From contig CAVZMH010000003.1 in the NCBI GenBank assembly GCA_963776345.1, positions 32,001 to 96,000 of the forward strand: DNA of 64,000 nucleotides, given 5' to 3'. Within the stretch, counting starts at the first letter, position 1. The number at the start of each line of letters is the position of its first letter. The notes below the pieces were generated by a model, which was not told the origin of the DNA, did not search any database, and saw only the letters and a program-made list of their open reading frames with translations. This document shows positions 62,471-64,000 of this stretch, piece by piece. The DNA is from an uncultured delta proteobacterium. Its GTDB lineage: Bacteria; Myxococcota; Myxococcia; Myxococcales; Myxococcaceae. Made by a program: the position numbers and the translations under genes.

Positions 62471-62557
62471 ATGACCACGAATTCCTGAGTCCGAAGCCGA
62501 CGCCCCAGCGAGCGCACATGCGCCCGGGGCGGGTCGTGTCCTCGATCCAGGAGTTCG
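62471..62557 (+). promoter_or_regulatory. Putative translational attenuator: uORF MTTNS* (62471-62488) with an anti-SD helix
   Basis: CGAAUUCCUG (62478-62487) pairs 10/10, with one G-U, to CAGGAGUUCG (62548-62557), which contains the AGGAG SD. Confidence 0.65.
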
Positions 62558-62559
62558 CA

Positions 62560-64000
62560 GTGCCCAGCATCCGACTCGAAGGGGTGACGTTCGCCCACCA
62601 TGACGCATTCCCCGTGCTCGACGGAGTGAGCACGGTGTTCCCCGAGGGCTGGACCGGACTGGTCGGCGAGAACGGGGCAGGGAAGAGCACCTTGCTCCAG
62701 CTCATCGCCGGCGAGCTGCAGCCGCAGCAAGGGCGGATCCGGATCGAGCCCAACGGGGCGGAGGTCGTCCTCTGCCGTCAGGACGTGGAGAACCCGGGGG
62801 CCGACGTGTGCGCGCTGGCCCCGGCGGATGACGGCGCGGCGTGGCGGCTCCGAGGTGAGCTGGACCTCGAGCCGGCAGACCTGGAGCGGTGGGGCAGCCT
62901 GTCGCCGGGGGAACGACGCCGCTGGCAGATCGCCGGTGCGCTGGCCCGGAAGCCGCGGGTGCTGCTTCTCGACGAGCCGACGAACCACCTCGACGCCGAC
63001 GGGCGGGCGCGTGTCCTCGCGGCGCTGGATCGGTATCGTGGCGTCGGGCTGCTGGTCTCGCACGACCGCGCGCTGCTCGAGGTGCTCACCACCCGGACGG
63101 CGCGGCTCCATCGCGGGCGCTGACGCTCACCTCCGGCGACTACGGCGAGGCAAGGGAGACCTGGGAGGCGGAGAAGGAGCGCGCGCGGACGGTGCGTCAG
63201 GCGGCGCAGTCGCGCGAGCGGCGAGCGCGACAGGCCCTGGCGGAGGCCCGTTCGGCGCGTGCGTCAGCCGAGACGCTCGCTCTCGGGCAGCAAACGAGAC
63301 CCGAACGACCCGGATGCACGGGGCATCGGCGCACAGACGCGGCGCGCCTGGGCGGAGGCTCGCCTCGGAGGAGACGTGCGTCGGCTGCGCACCGCCGTCG
63401 AGCGCGCCGCGGCGGCGGTGCCGAATGCTCAGGTCGAGGTCGAGCTCGGGCGCTCGGTCTTCCTCGGCTACACGCCCGCGCCGCAGCTCTGATTCTCACC
63501 CTCGACGAGGCCGAGCTCCGCGCCGGCGCGAGGGTCCTCGCCCGGGACGTGCACGCGGTGCTCCGCCGTGAGGACCGGGTCCGGCTCGCCGGCCCGAACG
63601 GGGCAGGAAAGACGACCTTGCTTCATCCGGTTGCTCGAGGCGAACCCCGGACGGGCCGAGCAGGTCTTCTTCCTCGGCCAGGAGTCGAGCCCAGAGGAGG
63701 CCGCGTCGATTCTCGACCGGGTGCGCGCGCTTCCGGCCGATGCGCGCGGCCGGACCCTCTCGCTGGTCGCCGCTCTGGGCACGGATCCGGACCGGCTCCT
63801 CGCCTCCGGGCCCCGTCCGCCGGAGAGGTCCGGAAGCTGCTCCTCGCCGAGGGTCTCGCCCGGCGACCCTGGGCGGTGGTCCTCGACGAGCCGACGAATC
63901 ACCTCGACCTCCCGACGGTCGAGCGGCTCGCGGCGGCGCTCGCGGCCTACCCCGGGTCGCTCCTCCTCGTGACGCATGACGATGCGCTCGCGGAGGCGTG
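62560..64000 (+). CDS. ABC-F family ATPase (ribosome-associated); several frameshifts; runs off the window
   Basis: GENGAGKST, LSPGE, LLDEPTNHLD, VSHDR, helical linker, second GPNGAGKT, LDEPTNHLD, VTHD; no TM segments. Confidence 0.88.

Noticed and set aside
62560..64000. Programmed frameshifting or true pseudogenisation of the ABC-F, CapA and AKR genes
   Set aside because: There are no consistent slippery sites, and similar indels occur window-wide, so consensus error is the simpler explanation.

Overview
Very GC-rich chromosomal window from a myxobacterium (Myxococcota, probably Myxococcaceae-like). The lineage call rests on MYXO-CTERM metalloproteases, the gltD-gltE-gltF-gltG-cglE gliding cluster and a DUF4388-type response regulator. 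Housekeeping genes include prfA-prmC-murA, smc, groES-groEL, rpoZ, an aspartate kinase, a glutaredoxin and a Gld-like ABC system. I see no rRNA, tRNA, CRISPR array, transposase or prophage structural gene. Many intact-looking genes carry single-base indels, which points to consensus errors rather than real pseudogenes. The most interesting unannotated signals are: (1) a five-gene operon linking an ECF sigma factor and zinc anti-sigma factor to a secreted caspase-like protease with an outer-membrane beta-barrel-like tail; (2) a 5-codon leader (MTTNS*) whose 3' end can form a 10-bp helix with the Shine-Dalgarno region of an ABC-F gene; (3) three CIRCE-like operators between groESL and a divergent uncharacterised gene pair; (4) a DnaD-like plus DnaC/DnaI-like pair coupled to a SpoIID-domain gene; (5) a 38-aa protein that is 50% Lys/Arg and is missed by the ORF track. 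All calls come from motif recognition by eye; no database search was run.
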